Positions 30,442 through 42,105 of a stretch of DNA of 64,000 nt are shown here, piece by piece. The stretch spans positions 75,984-139,983 of the forward strand of contig CAVSLC010000004.1 in assembly GCA_963728565.1 (NCBI GenBank). Reading direction: 5' to 3'. The DNA is from an uncultured delta proteobacterium (GTDB lineage Bacteria; Desulfobacterota; Binatia; UBA9968). The stretch's first letter is position 1. Each line of letters starts with the position of its first letter. The notes under the pieces were generated by a model. That model was not told the DNA's origin, ran no database searches, and saw only the letters and a list, made by a program, of their open reading frames with translations. The translations under genes were made by a program, and so were the position numbers.

Positions 30442-32276
30442 TTTGCACAGCTCAGTTTAGGAAACAAACCGCGATTCTCTGGAGTATCATTGCGCTGTTG
30501 CTGATTCCCGCCTTTAGCGAGGCGCGCATCATCAGCGTCCAGTTGAATCCCCCCAAGATCGCGTTTGGCGGCTACTCGTGGCCGGGTGTCGGGCAGTATG
30601 AGAAGATTACAGGCGTAGCTTATGCTGAGGTTGATCCCGCCGATCGCCGGAACGCAATCATCGTCGATATCGGGCTTGCCGAACCGCAGGCCGCTCCCGG
30701 GCAGCCAGGCAAGACTGCCAATGGGAAAGTCGCGTACTCTTTAAATTTCTATATTCTTAAACCGATCAACTTGAACCAGGTCGATCGGAAACTGAACGGC
30801 TACGGCAAGATGATGTATGAGCCGCCCAACCGGGGCGGCAAGACGTGGACCGCCTTGGGCCGTGTCACCGGCGGCGGTGACGACCCGGCTACCATTACGG
30901 ACCCGACGATCCTCGCGAACTCATTCCTGATGCCGCGCGGCTACACGATCGTCTGGAGTGGGTGGGAGCCATTGGTGCCCCTTGCCAACTTGGCCAGCGA
31001 CCTGGACGCGTCGGTTGCGTTGCCGATTGCCAAAAATCTAAACGGCTCAACGATCACAGGTCCAGCCTACGAATATATCGTAACCTCGGGCAACTCATTC
31101 CAGTTAAGTTATCCGGCGGCCGACACGGCGGACAAAACCACAGCGGTACTGACCCATCGCGTTCATCTTGACGACGTCCCGCAGGTAGTTCCCGCGGCAA
31201 ATTGGAATTACAACTCGGACGGCACCGCGATTAACCTAACCGGAGGATTCATCGCCAACGACATTTATGAGTTCTCGTACACGGCCAAGGATCCGACCGT
31301 GGCCGGTCTTGGCTTTGCGGCCGTGCGCGATTGGGTTTCCTGGCTGCGCTACGAGGCGCAGGATGACACCGGCACGCCCAACCCGTTGGCCAACTACATC
31401 ACCCGGATATATACCGAAATATCCTCGCAACCTGGACGTTTGTTCAACGACTTCCGCAAGCTCGGCTTCAACGAAGACGACCGTGGCAGAATCGGCAGAA
31501 AGGTATTCGACGGCCACATGCAATGGATCGCGGCGGGCAGCGGCATCGGCATGAACTACCGGTTCTCGCAGTCCGGCCGCACCGAGCGCAATCGCCAGAA
31601 CCACTTATACGCTGAAAACCTTTTCCCGTTCGCCAATGTGAGGACGACCGATCCGTTCATGGGCATTACCGCTAGCCGCTATGACGCATGTCAGCTGACG
31701 AACACGTGCGCGTTGGGAGTTGAGATCTATTCGGCCAACGAGTACTGGGTCAAAACGGCTTCACTACTGCACACCCAGCCGGACGGGAGTGCCGACCTTC
31801 CTGATTCCCCGTACACGCGAAATTATTTCATATCCAGCATGCAACATGGCACAGGCAACGCAACGAACAGAGGGGTGTGCCAGCAGTTCGGCAACCCGCT
31901 GAATTCCGCGCCGGTGCAGCGTGCGTTGTTTCTCGCTTTGGATGCATGGGCCAACAACGGCACACCGCCGCCCTCAAGTAGGGTGCCCCGCCTCGACAAC
32001 GGGACACTCGTGCTGCCGGCAGACGCCGGATTCCCCACCGATATACCAGATCCGTTCGGGGAAACGCCCAACGGCAAAGTAACTTACACGGGTCTGAAGA
32101 CCAGTCGTTATCTGTTTAATTATGGGCCTGGCTTTTACGACACCAATAACCCGGCCACCTTCGGTATTCCGAGCATCTTTCCGCCCGTGATCACCCCGCC
32201 GCTTATGCCTCTTATGACTGACGCAGCGGCGCCGATCATCTCGGTGAACGGTCCGGTTTATCCCACCTTCGACTGA
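30438..32276 (+). CDS. Secreted alpha/beta-hydrolase-domain protein, probably C-terminally truncated
   Basis: Signal peptide, GQYEKITG, PPNRGGK, WSGWE, GLGFAAVRD, SQPGR, EYW, PPPSSRVP; ends abruptly at YPTFD*. Confidence 0.7.
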   Translation: MICTAQFRKQTAILWSIIALLLIPAFSEARIISVQLNPPKIAFGGYSWPGVGQYEKITGVAYAEVDPADRRNAIIVDIGLAEPQAAPGQPGKTANGKVAYSLNFYILKPINLNQVDRKLNGYGKMMYEPPNRGGKTWTALGRVTGGGDDPATITDPTILANSFLMPRGYTIVWSGWEPLVPLANLASDLDASVALPIAKNLNGSTITGPAYEYIVTSGNSFQLSYPAADTADKTTAVLTHRVHLDDVPQVVPAANWNYNSDGTAINLTGGFIANDIYEFSYTAKDPTVAGLGFAAVRDWVSWLRYEAQDDTGTPNPLANYITRIYTEISSQPGRLFNDFRKLGFNEDDRGRIGRKVFDGHMQWIAAGSGIGMNYRFSQSGRTERNRQNHLYAENLFPFANVRTTDPFMGITASRYDACQLTNTCALGVEIYSANEYWVKTASLLHTQPDGSADLPDSPYTRNYFISSMQHGTGNATNRGVCQQFGNPLNSAPVQRALFLALDAWANNGTPPPSSRVPRLDNGTLVLPADAGFPTDIPDPFGETPNGKVTYTGLKTSRYLFNYGPGFYDTNNPATFGIPSIFPPVITPPLMPLMTDAAAPIISVNGPVYPTFD

Positions 32277-32415
32277 ATTGCGTATCGAGATGGAAAACCG
32301 CTTGATTAAGCTCTGTGCGCGTGCATTGAATTAGATATAGCTGTATTGAATCGGGAAATGTTGGTCGTGATGAGCAGGCAAAGATTGTTTGGGTAGATGC
32401 AAAAAGGAGGTTGCC

Positions 32416-32706
32416 ATGTCGATTGTCAGACTCATTTACGTAAGCGTAAAAGGTGATCAGGTTAAGGATGCGGTTAATCTTTGGAAAGAGCATTGCGCTC
32501 CGCTGATGATTAAACAGCCGGGGTGTCTGTCCGAAAAGCTCTTGGAATGTGTCGATGCACCAAATGAATTTATCTCCTACTCTGAATGGGATAGCCAGGA
32601 GAGCATCGACAAGTATCGAAATAGCGAAGCACACGCGGAGATTCAAAGACACTCACGGGGATTGCAAGGCGGTCAGGCTATCGTGAAGCGATATGCGGTG
32701 AAGTAA
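32416..32706 (+). CDS. Antibiotic biosynthesis monooxygenase (ABM) domain protein
   Basis: AAGGAGG RBS; QPGCLSE, YSEWDSQESIDKYRNSEAH. Confidence 0.8.
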   Translation: MSIVRLIYVSVKGDQVKDAVNLWKEHCAPLMIKQPGCLSEKLLECVDAPNEFISYSEWDSQESIDKYRNSEAHAEIQRHSRGLQGGQAIVKRYAVK

Positions 32707-32784
32707 TCCACCACCCGGGAACTGCGGCGCGGAAGAACAGTTGATAAACGCGATGGATCTACCGTACTCGCGCAGGAGAACTTT

Positions 32785-33093
32785 ATGCCGAGATATATTC
32801 TTCTCAGCACGCTGACCCCCGAAGGGCGGCAAACAATGCACAAAAACCCCGATCGGTTGGAAGAGGTCAACAAGGAAGTGGATGCATTCGGTTGTAAGAT
32901 CATAGCCCAATATGCGGTACTGGGTGGTTTTGATTTCGTCAGCATCGTCGAAGCGCCCGACAACGAGACGGTCGCTCATATGTCCGTGGATTTAGGTTCA
33001 CGGGGAACGATTAGCATTACTACGCTGCCGGCGATTCCTACTGCGGAGTTTATTGCGAAGCTGAAGGGGCCTAAGCAGATGGGGCATAAATGA
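32785..33093 (+). CDS. GYD domain protein
   Basis: MPRYILLSTLTPEG, QYAVLGGFDFVSIVEAPD. Confidence 0.85.
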   Translation: MPRYILLSTLTPEGRQTMHKNPDRLEEVNKEVDAFGCKIIAQYAVLGGFDFVSIVEAPDNETVAHMSVDLGSRGTISITTLPAIPTAEFIAKLKGPKQMGHK

Positions 33094-33266
33094 AAGGCTG
33101 ACCGAATGCGAAACTGAACAATACGATACTTCCGGGAGCTTTCGAGCATCTGCCGAATGCCGGAATCAACACGCCGGAGTTTCGCCATTTTGGCGGTTTC
33201 TAGATTGCCGCGGACGGCATAAGCCGGTTCGCAGTTACTGAATGGATTATTCGGGGAGGTCGGACA

Positions 33267-35714
33267 ATGAATAAAGTTACCCGGGTGGATACTCGGCGCG
33301 ATACCGAAGCGATCGGATGGGTAAAGGAACTGGGTGACACCGAGAGTTGGTTTCAAAGCCAGCGGTTCCGACAAATCACTCGCCTTCACACGGCCTACGA
33401 GGTAGTCGCGCTGCGCGGCAGTGCGCAGGAAGACTACACGATCGCCAGGCAGGCGGCCGATAAGATGTACGATTACCTGCAACGGTTGTTCAAAGCGAAA
33501 AAGCAGGAAATTACCTATGGGCCTTTCTCATCCACTGGAGCGGTGCGCGCGGTCATGGAGGGCATCAAGATTCTCTATCTCGGCGGATGGTCCACCTCAG
33601 CCCGCGGTTCCGACTCGGAAGATCCTGGCGCCGACTTGGCGAACTATGCGCTCGACCGGGTTCCCAAGGAGGGAGCCGCATGGGTGCGCGCCTTGATGCA
33701 CCAGGATGAAGTGCAGAGGTCCAATCGCATGAGAATGACCTCCGCGCAGCGTAAAAAGATCACCGCTATCGAGTTCAGTCCGCCGATGATCATTCCCGAC
33801 GGCGACACCGGACATGGGGGCGAGCATCATGTTCGCAACCTAGTCAAGAAGTTTGTCGAGAACAAGATTGGCGCCATTCACATCGAGGATCAAAGACCGG
33901 GTTGCAAGGTTTGCGGCCATCAGGGGCAGAAGGTACTGGTCTCCACGACTGAAATTATTGCGCGGCTCAATACAGCAAGGCTGCAGTTCGACGTCTTGGG
34001 CGTTCCCGGCGTGATCGTTGCCCGGACAGATTCTAATGACGCAACCGCAATAGACAGCTTGGAAGACGAGCGCGATCATCCTTTTGTATTGGGCGCGACA
34101 AACGCGGAGATCGTTCCCTTTAAGAACGTCAGTCTGGCGGTCATCAAGAGATTTTACGATCGGGGTTTTAAAGAGATCAACGGACATTTACTGTACAGGA
34201 TCTCCGACAAAGCCTACCGAGACGCGCAGGAATGGCTAAGAAAGCAACATCTCGCTTCTCGAGTCGATGAAGCGATAGCGCGCGTCGATAAAGAGATCTC
34301 GTCGCTTAAAAAACTTCGGCAACAAGCCCGTCGCGAGGGCAAGGGCCGGAGAGATGCGCGTGAGCAGCTCGCGGCGCTTGAAGTGACGGCCAAGAGGGTC
34401 GCTGAAGAAACCCTCGACCATGTATTGGCCGTGATCCGCGAGGCGTGGGCGCAGAAGGCAGACTTAAAGACCTATGGTGAGGCCGTCGCCGAGTTCATGG
34501 AAGCGCGGCTTGGCAGCCAGGGCAAGCCTCCCATGTCAGTCGAACGCTGGAGAAAATTTGCCGCCCAGGTGTCCTTCGGCGAAGCTCGTGAGCGGGCCAA
34601 GTCCATGAGTATCGAAGTCTTCTGGGATTGGGACTTGCCGAGAACGCCGGAAGGTTTTTATCCGATCACGGGGGGACGTGACATGGCAACCGCGAGGGGA
34701 TTGGCTATGGCGCCATTCTGCGATTTGCTTTGGCGCGAAACGGCCAAGCCGGATTTGGAAGACGACAGGATGTGGGCCGACGCCATACACGAGGTATTCC
34801 CGGACAAGCTGTTGGCCTACAACTTGTCGCCGTCCTGGAACTGGGATGCCTGGGGTTTTACCGACGGCCAGATCCGGAGTTTTGCCGCCGAGCTGGGCAA
34901 AATGGGTTACGTTTTTAATTTCATAACCTATGCGGGCCATCAAACCGAAGCCCTGATGAATGGGCGGCTGGCGCGGGCGCTGAAAGAAGAGGGAGTGCTC
35001 GGCTTCGTCCGGCTAATCCAGCGCTCGCTCCGGCTCGCCAATGATCCAGCCCAATTCCCGCAGACATTCGTGGGTGGGCCGTGGGCGGATCGATTCCGGC
35101 GTGCAGCACGCGGGCCGTCGCTGACTACATCATCGATGGGTGGCAAATCGACCGAGGCTCAGCACAGAAAACCTGTCGAGGTGCCCACCAGCGTCCTGGA
35201 GCGATGGCTGCGCATGTGGACCGAACATTGGAGCAAGCAGGGTCTGTACAAAGGCGGCGAGCTCAGCGTCGAAGTTAAAGAACGCTGGGCCGGCTCCGAG
35301 GAAATGATGCTCAACGTTTTCGATGAGGCTCGCGACAAGATTGCTGAGATCATTTATCGCGTCGATAGAGACAGAGCCGGTCGAAAATTTCTCGCGGTGA
35401 AGGATCAGAATACCGTGAAGAAGTATCGCGCCCGCCGACTGATGACGTTAATGCATTTCTTTCTGCTTCATCGTTACAAAACAGATCTGGTGCATTACGT
35501 GACCCCGACCGACGATAACCGGCTGTCAGTTAGCCGAATGATCCAGAACGGCGTTTTCCGCGCAGCGCGGACCGATGATCCGAACATTATCGCCCTTGGC
35601 GTAGATACCGCGCGGGCACAAAAGATATTCGCCAACGATGATTCGCTGAAGCGTTTTATAACCAACGAGTTTAGGGCGTCCAGAGGCCAGACGCTTATCA
35701 GAGCCGTCGGTTGA
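33267..35714 (+). CDS. aceA: Isocitrate lyase, long ICL2 type with C-terminal extension
   Basis: YLGGW, DGDTGHGG, HIEDQ, KVCGH, WRET, LAYNLSPSWNWD; C-terminal RLMTLMHFFLLHRY..HYVTPTDDN resembles mycobacterial ICL2. Confidence 0.9.
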   Translation: MNKVTRVDTRRDTEAIGWVKELGDTESWFQSQRFRQITRLHTAYEVVALRGSAQEDYTIARQAADKMYDYLQRLFKAKKQEITYGPFSSTGAVRAVMEGIKILYLGGWSTSARGSDSEDPGADLANYALDRVPKEGAAWVRALMHQDEVQRSNRMRMTSAQRKKITAIEFSPPMIIPDGDTGHGGEHHVRNLVKKFVENKIGAIHIEDQRPGCKVCGHQGQKVLVSTTEIIARLNTARLQFDVLGVPGVIVARTDSNDATAIDSLEDERDHPFVLGATNAEIVPFKNVSLAVIKRFYDRGFKEINGHLLYRISDKAYRDAQEWLRKQHLASRVDEAIARVDKEISSLKKLRQQARREGKGRRDAREQLAALEVTAKRVAEETLDHVLAVIREAWAQKADLKTYGEAVAEFMEARLGSQGKPPMSVERWRKFAAQVSFGEARERAKSMSIEVFWDWDLPRTPEGFYPITGGRDMATARGLAMAPFCDLLWRETAKPDLEDDRMWADAIHEVFPDKLLAYNLSPSWNWDAWGFTDGQIRSFAAELGKMGYVFNFITYAGHQTEALMNGRLARALKEEGVLGFVRLIQRSLRLANDPAQFPQTFVGGPWADRFRRAARGPSLTTSSMGGKSTEAQHRKPVEVPTSVLERWLRMWTEHWSKQGLYKGGELSVEVKERWAGSEEMMLNVFDEARDKIAEIIYRVDRDRAGRKFLAVKDQNTVKKYRARRLMTLMHFFLLHRYKTDLVHYVTPTDDNRLSVSRMIQNGVFRAARTDDPNIIALGVDTARAQKIFANDDSLKRFITNEFRASRGQTLIRAVG

Positions 35715-35863
35715 ACCGAGGATGCTCAGGAAGGAAACGTAAACTGCGCCGATGTAGAAGATCTGGGAGGTCACTTCGACGGCCAGGCTGATTTCGAATG
35801 CTGAACCGCTAGGATCGAGATCCGCCCGGTATGATGACGCAGATAATTGCGAGGGGAGAAGCC

Positions 35864-38057
35864 ATGGCAAACTTCGTAACGATCGACGGACTTAAAGTTA
35901 ACGAAGAATTGCACAGTTTGGTCCGGGATGAGATCGCCCCAGGCACGGGCGTCGATCCGCACGCGTTCTGGATTAGCTTGGGCCAGATTGTCAGGGATCT
36001 GGGCGCGACCAATCGCCAGCTTCTGGCCAAACGTAAAGTGCTGCAGAAGCAAATCGACGAATGGTGCCGCACAAGACGGGGCCAGCCATTCGATGTCGAG
36101 AAATACAGAGCATTTTTGTTCGAGATAGGCTATGTCGTTGCAGAAGGTGAAAACTTTCAGGTGACGACGACCAATGTCGATCGTGAGATCGCGGAAGTTT
36201 CGGGTCCACAGCTGGTCGTCCCGCTCGATAACGCCCGCTATGCGCTCAACGCGGCAAATGCTCGCTGGGGCAGTTTGTATGACGCCCTTTACGGCACGGA
36301 TGTGATTTCCGAGTCGGATGGCGCCGAAAAAGGCGAAGACTACAATCCGCGGCGTGGCGCCAAGGTGATCGCGCGAACGCAGGCCTTCTTGGATCAGGCT
36401 GTCGGCCTGGAGCGAGGAAAGTTCTCGGATGTCGTTGAATTCTCGATTCAAGAGTTGAAGGGTGAGACCCAGCTGATCGCCAAGCTGAAAGATGGCAGCG
36501 AAACAGGGCTAGCGGACGGGCGCAAGTTTGCGGGTTTTGTAAAAAAAGGCGGCCATCTAACAAGCGTTCTACTCAAGAACAACCAGTTACACGTTGAAAT
36601 TCAGATCGATCGTTACCACCCCATCGGCAAATCCGATGCTGCCGGGGTCAAGGATGTGATTCTGGAAGCTGCCATTACCACGATACAAGACTGCGAAGAT
36701 TCTGTTGCCGCGGTCGACGCGGCGGAGAAGGCAAGAGTCTACCGCAACTGGAATGGCATTATGAAGGGCATGCTCGAAGCAACGTTCGAAAGAAGCGGTG
36801 GCGGGATAATCGTGCGAGCCCTGAATCCCGATAAGATTTTTACTGCGCCTAACGGAGAAAGCGCGACATTGCCGGGAAGAAGTCTATTGCTCGTGCGCAA
36901 TGTCGGCACTTCACATGTACACCGATGCCGTAACCACCATCGACGGCGAGGAGATTCCCGAGGGATTCCTCGACGCCATGATGACTGCGCTGGCTGCCCT
37001 GCACGATCTCAAAGGCGATTCGAAGTACATCAACAGCCGGACCGGCAGCGTGTATATCGTCAAGCCCAAATTGCACGGCCCTGAAGAGGTCGCCGCGACT
37101 ATCGAACTATTCGCAAGGGTCGAGGCTGCTCTCAACCTCGAGCGCAACACGCTGAAGATCGGCATTATGGACGAGGAACGGCGCACGACGGTGAATTTGA
37201 AAGAGGCAATCCGCGGCGCGAGCGAGAGAGTTTTTTTCATCAACACCGGTTTTCTCGATCGTACCGGCGACGAAATTCACACCAGCATGGAATTGGGTCC
37301 TATGTTGCCGAAGATGGAAATCAAGAATCAGCCGTGGCTGGGTGCCTACGAAGACCGGAACGTCGATATCGGTATCGAGACCGGGCTTGTGGGAAAGGCG
37401 CAGATCGGCAAGGGTATGTGGACCATGCCCGAAGAGATGCGCAAAATGGTCGAGACCAAAATGGCTCATCCTGAAGCTGGAGCAAACACCGCGTGGGTCC
37501 CTTCGCCGACGGCGGCAACGCTTCACGCGCTCCATTACCATCAAATCGATGTCGCCAAGAAACAGTCCGAGCTCATTCGACGCGGCCGGGCGCGCATTGA
37601 GGATATTCTCACTCCCCCGCTTCTCGACCGAACGTTGACACCGGAGGAGATCCAGAAGGAATTAGACAACAACGCACAAGGTATTCTTGGGTACGTGGTC
37701 CGCTGGATCGATCAAGGAGTTGGGTGCTCGAAGGTTCCCGACATTGGCAACGTCGGCCTAATGGAAGACCGCGCGACCTTGCGGATATCGAGTCAACATA
37801 TTGCCAACTGGCTGCACCACGGTATCGTCGACCAACCGCAGGTAAGAAAAACCTTTGAGCGAATGGCGGTGGTGGTGGATCGGCAAAACAATCAGGACCC
37901 GAACTATCGAAAAATGGCGCCCGAGTTCGACAAAAGCATTGCCTTCCAGGCGGCGTTGGATCTCGTCTTCAAAGGAAGAGAGGCAGAAAACGGTTACACC
38001 GAACCGGTGCTTCACGCACGACGACGCCAGGCAAAAACCGCAAGTCTCGGCGGTTAA
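35864..38057 (+). CDS. glcB: Malate synthase G, +1 frameshift near 36908
   Basis: [27 protein letters not shown](L)HM across the shift, [37 protein letters not shown]. Confidence 0.92.
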
Positions 38058-38280
38058 AATGCTCCGCTTTGATTCGATGGCACATATGTTCGCACCGCCC
38101 GAGTTGATGAATTAAAAAACTCCATGGTCGCTCTTTCGGTTGACAAGGGGGACTGCCGTATATCTTTGGCACTGAGTAGTTCCGTTTTGGCGTATCGATT
38201 CAACACGCTCAATGCATTCGGTCACTGAAGGTTGTTTAGTCGTGATTTTAGAACCGGGCATGTGCGCTAACGGGAAGTCA

Positions 38281-38893
38281 ATGGAGCAGCGGGCACCAGT
38301 TTCGTTCCGGCGCGGGGCCGTAGGAAAACTTCGAACCATCCTGTGCCAATTCATCCTTGCGGCTTCCCTGGCCGGGATTGGTTGTAACGAGCAGCCGACC
38401 TCCGCAACGACCTCTCTACGCGAACCGGACGTGCGCTACGAACCCACCTCACCGGATGTGGTGCAGGTGATGTTTCGGTCTCGCCAACGTCAAAGCGGGT
38501 GAGGTGGTCTACGATTTAGGATGCGGTGATGGCCGGATCGTCATCACCGCAGTTCGAGAGTTCGGCGCGCGCGGCGTCTGCGTCGATATCGATCCGCAGC
38601 GCATCGCTGAAAGCAGGGAAAACGCCCGCGCGGCCGGCGTTACTGAAAACATCCGTTTTTTCACCCAGGACCTTTTTGAGACAGACGTGAGCGAGGCGTC
38701 GGTGGTCATGCTTTTCCTCTCGCCCGAGCTCAATCTAAAACTGCGGCCAAAACTGCTGCGCGAGCTCAACCCGGGCGCCCGCATCGTCTCGCATTGGCAT
38801 GACATGGGCGACTGGAAGCCGCAAAAAGCCGTGCGCGTTCGAAGCGACGGCCGGGAGCGTTCCATTTACCTTTGGAACATCCCGCCACGCTAA
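38281..38893 (+). CDS. Class I SAM-dependent methyltransferase with a lipoprotein-like N-terminus, frameshift near 38473
   Basis: DVRYEPT, then VYDLGCGDGRIV, LKLRPKL, PGARIVSH after removing one base. Confidence 0.8.
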
Positions 38894-39020
38894 CAAATCG
38901 CGCGCTCAAGTGGCCAGCGCGGCGCACGCGCTGAAACGACGTTTAAGCGGACAGCGTTGTCGAAATAAGTAGCGGTCAGAATCTCGCAGGAGAATATCTC
39001 GGAGATCGCGGACTGCCCGC

Positions 39021-39839
39021 TCACGGCGCATCGCTCGGATCCCAGCAGGTTCGCAGATTTTCATCGAAGCTATCCAGCAGCCGCATGTCATCCCGGGAAA
39101 TCTCGAAATCGAAAACATCGGCGTTTTCGAGAATACGCCGGCGATTGGATGATTTGGGAATCACCACTAAGCCGTGCTGCAAGGCCCAACGGATGAGAAT
39201 TTGCGCGGTCGATTTGGTTTCATATCTTTTGGCGATTGCGACAAGCTTGGGATCTTTCAGCCGCTCTCCATGAGTCAACGGGCTATAAGCTTCGACGACA
39301 ATCCCTTTGGCCCGGCAGAAAGCCAATAAATCTTGCTGATACAAATAGGGGTGAAACTCCACCTGATTGACCGCGGGGACGGTTTCGCTCTCGGCAAGCA
39401 GCTCGCTCAAGTGCGCGATGGTGAAATTGCTGACGCCGATGGAACGCGTCTTCCCCTTTTTCCGCAGCGCTTCGAGAGCGCGCCAGCTTTGCCGCCGCTG
39501 CCGCACCGGAAAATGGATCAAGTACAAATCTACATAATCCATTTTGAGCTTGCGCAGGCTGGTGTCGAGCGCCCGTTCTGGATTACCGTGATCGCTGTTC
39601 CACAATTTAGTGGTGAGGAATATGCTTTGCCGGGGAATGCCGCTCATCCTGATGGCAGCGCCCACGCTCTCTTCATTGCCGTAGGCTGACGCGGTATCGA
39701 TATGCCGGTACTTCGCTTCCAGCGCCGTAAGCACCGCGTCGGACGTCTTAGCCGGGCTAATCTGCCACACGCCTAATCCAAGCTGAGGGATCAGATTACC
39801 GTCATTGAGCTTTAACTTCGTTTCAATCGTAAGTTCCAT
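39021..39839 (-). CDS. Aldo/keto reductase
   Basis: GLGVWQ, HIDTASAYGNE, TTKLW, DLYLIH, IGVSNF, IPKS. Confidence 0.93.
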   Translation of the reverse strand: MELTIETKLKLNDGNLIPQLGLGVWQISPAKTSDAVLTALEAKYRHIDTASAYGNEESVGAAIRMSGIPRQSIFLTTKLWNSDHGNPERALDTSLRKLKMDYVDLYLIHFPVRQRRQSWRALEALRKKGKTRSIGVSNFTIAHLSELLAESETVPAVNQVEFHPYLYQQDLLAFCRAKGIVVEAYSPLTHGERLKDPKLVAIAKRYETKSTAQILIRWALQHGLVVIPKSSNRRRILENADVFDFEISRDDMRLLDSFDENLRTCWDPSDAP

Positions 39840-40056
39840 AGAACTGACGCTCAAAAGAAAGTTTGCACGGCTGGCTGAGGCGATTCAAGAAACCAGCTAT
39901 TTTTGCGCGCAATCAGGTTACGGATTTGGACGCCCCTTTGGTACGAATCATTTCCGTGGAAGTGATTTCTAACCCTCGCTCACCGCTCCAGTCCTTGCTG
40001 ATCACCCTAATGATCATTTGTTATCTCAGTATGAGTCCTTCCTTACGAGAACAGCG

Positions 40057-41691
40057 CTATGGCTTGAAGCCGACCACGAGGTGGGCCCGATGGGACTCGG
40101 GAAAAGGCTCTCCATCGCACTTGAGGGTGACGATGTACGTGCCCGCCGTCGGGATGGATTCGGGTGAGATAATCGCCTTAAGCTCGTCTTTGGACACGAA
40201 GCTCGTCGGTAGAGGCTCGCCGTTGAGCATGACTTGGTGGAATGGCCACATCCCGCCCGCACCACGCACCTTCATTACCGTCGGACCCGATCCCTCGGTG
40301 AGAAAAAGCGGCGCGATCTCGAGATCCAGCGGCAAACTCTGAAACGAATAGAATGACGGAATCGGATTCTTGTATCTCTTAAATCCGATATCGATCAGCT
40401 TTCCGTCCATGATTACCATCTTGACGTTCTGCGTCATCCAGATATCTCGCAGCGGATCCCCCTCGACGATGGACAGGTCTGCGACCTTGCCGGGCTCGAC
40501 ACTGCCGTAGTCATTGTCCTTGCCGAAAGTTCTCGCGACGTTAAGGGTGGCAGCCTGGATCGCTGTCATCGGCGGCACACCCGCTTCGACGTCCATCACC
40601 AGGGCCTGATGCATCAATAAAGCTGCCATGCCGCGAGGCGGGTCCGAGCCTTCTTTCAGGATACCGCCGGCCTGGACGAAACGGCGGATGAACTCATTGG
40701 CTTTGTCATAACCGATCCTGGCGCGCTCGCGCTGCTCGGGCGTATAACGCTTGAGCAACTTGTCATAGGAGTTATCAGTCACCGCTCGGACTGCGGCGGG
40801 AAGGTCGGCTTCGGGGTCGTTCAAGATTTGATTTTCTCTTTCCCTGAAACGATGCCGCGCTCGGCGACAGCGGTCGCAGCCATTTGGCAATCGTCGGCGT
40901 CCATGCGACCTGATGCTGCACCATCGCGCCGATCACCTCGTCGAAATTCTCGGTCTGATAATAAGCGCCGGCAAGCTCCTGATCGATGACGCCGCCGAGC
41001 CGATCCTCAGCCAGCTTGCGCCTGGCCGGCGCATAAGGGATGGAGCTGTAACCCACGGACCAGATGTGCTCGATGGCGTCGACCCCTGCATCGCAGTAGC
41101 CGACCACGTCCCAACTATGGGCGGCAACCGCCATGCCCAGCCGGTGAGCCTCCTGGACAGCGACTTTCACCAGATCGAGAGAAAGAAATTCATTGACCTT
41201 GAGGATATCGCACCCTATTTCTTTTTTGCGCTGCACCGCGCGGCGCACTTCATCCGCCGTCGTGACGATGATGTTGTCACGAAAGGTTCTCGATCCGAAG
41301 GCATCGTGCCCGGTGCCAACGCCACCGATTGCCCGGCCCGACATCCAGATTCGCGGGCCGCGAATTTTTCCTAGATCGGTGCCCTGCTTTTGAGCGAGAG
41401 TCCATGGCCCATCCTGGTAAAGCTCGATATTGGCGCACGTGGTAATGCCGAGATGGAGGTAGAGCTCTCCGTGGAAATCCTCCAGATGGCCGTGACCATC
41501 GATGAAGCCCGGCAGAACGGTTTTGCCGTTGACGTCGATCACCTGGGCGCCCGCCGGAACAGCGAGTTCGCCGCTCCGCCTACCGCGGTGAACTTTCTTC
41601 CCTGAATAATGATCATCGAATTGTCGATAGGCGGCCGACCGGTGCCATCGATCAATTTCCCACCCTGCACAACGAGTATTTCCTCTGCCAT
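40057..41691 (-). CDS. Amidohydrolase (imidazolonepropionase-like), two frameshifts (~41580, ~40856)
   Basis: GGKLIDGTG, VLPGFIDGHGH, AHS, IEH, GSD, GSVEPGKVADL; ATG at 41691. Confidence 0.8.
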
Positions 41692-42105
41692 CTCTTTCCC
41701 TCCAAAATCCTGCTTAACAGGCCTTTACAAACCGGTTCTTTGCCGACGAACGCGCAGCTCAGTACACGTTCTTCCATTCGTCGTAAACTGAATCTCTAAG
41801 GACAACTATTGATGAACCGCTTTACTGTCAATGCAAATCTATAAACATTTGCGGCAGGAATGTAACGAGCAAATTGGCGCTAATCAATTTAATCCGCAGC
41901 GGACAAGTCGAAACGGCGGCGCACAAGCGTCAAAGAAGCAACCATCGACTGCACGGAACCGAAGCGTTGCAGGTTCGACATCCAATTCCGAGTCGTACCG
42001 ACCCGCTTGCGCGCTGCTGCAATCCGCATTAAAAGAGCCCACGGCGACGGAGCCGGCGTCTGAGCGCCGGCTGTATCAAGCCAGACTCGAAGGAGGTTAC
42101 GTACG

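Noticed and set aside
33100-33255. Inverted repeats (GCGAAACT/AGTTTCGC, CCGAAT/ATTCGG) in the aceA leader
   Set aside because: Short, mutually competing stems with no family match; not distinguishable from chance.
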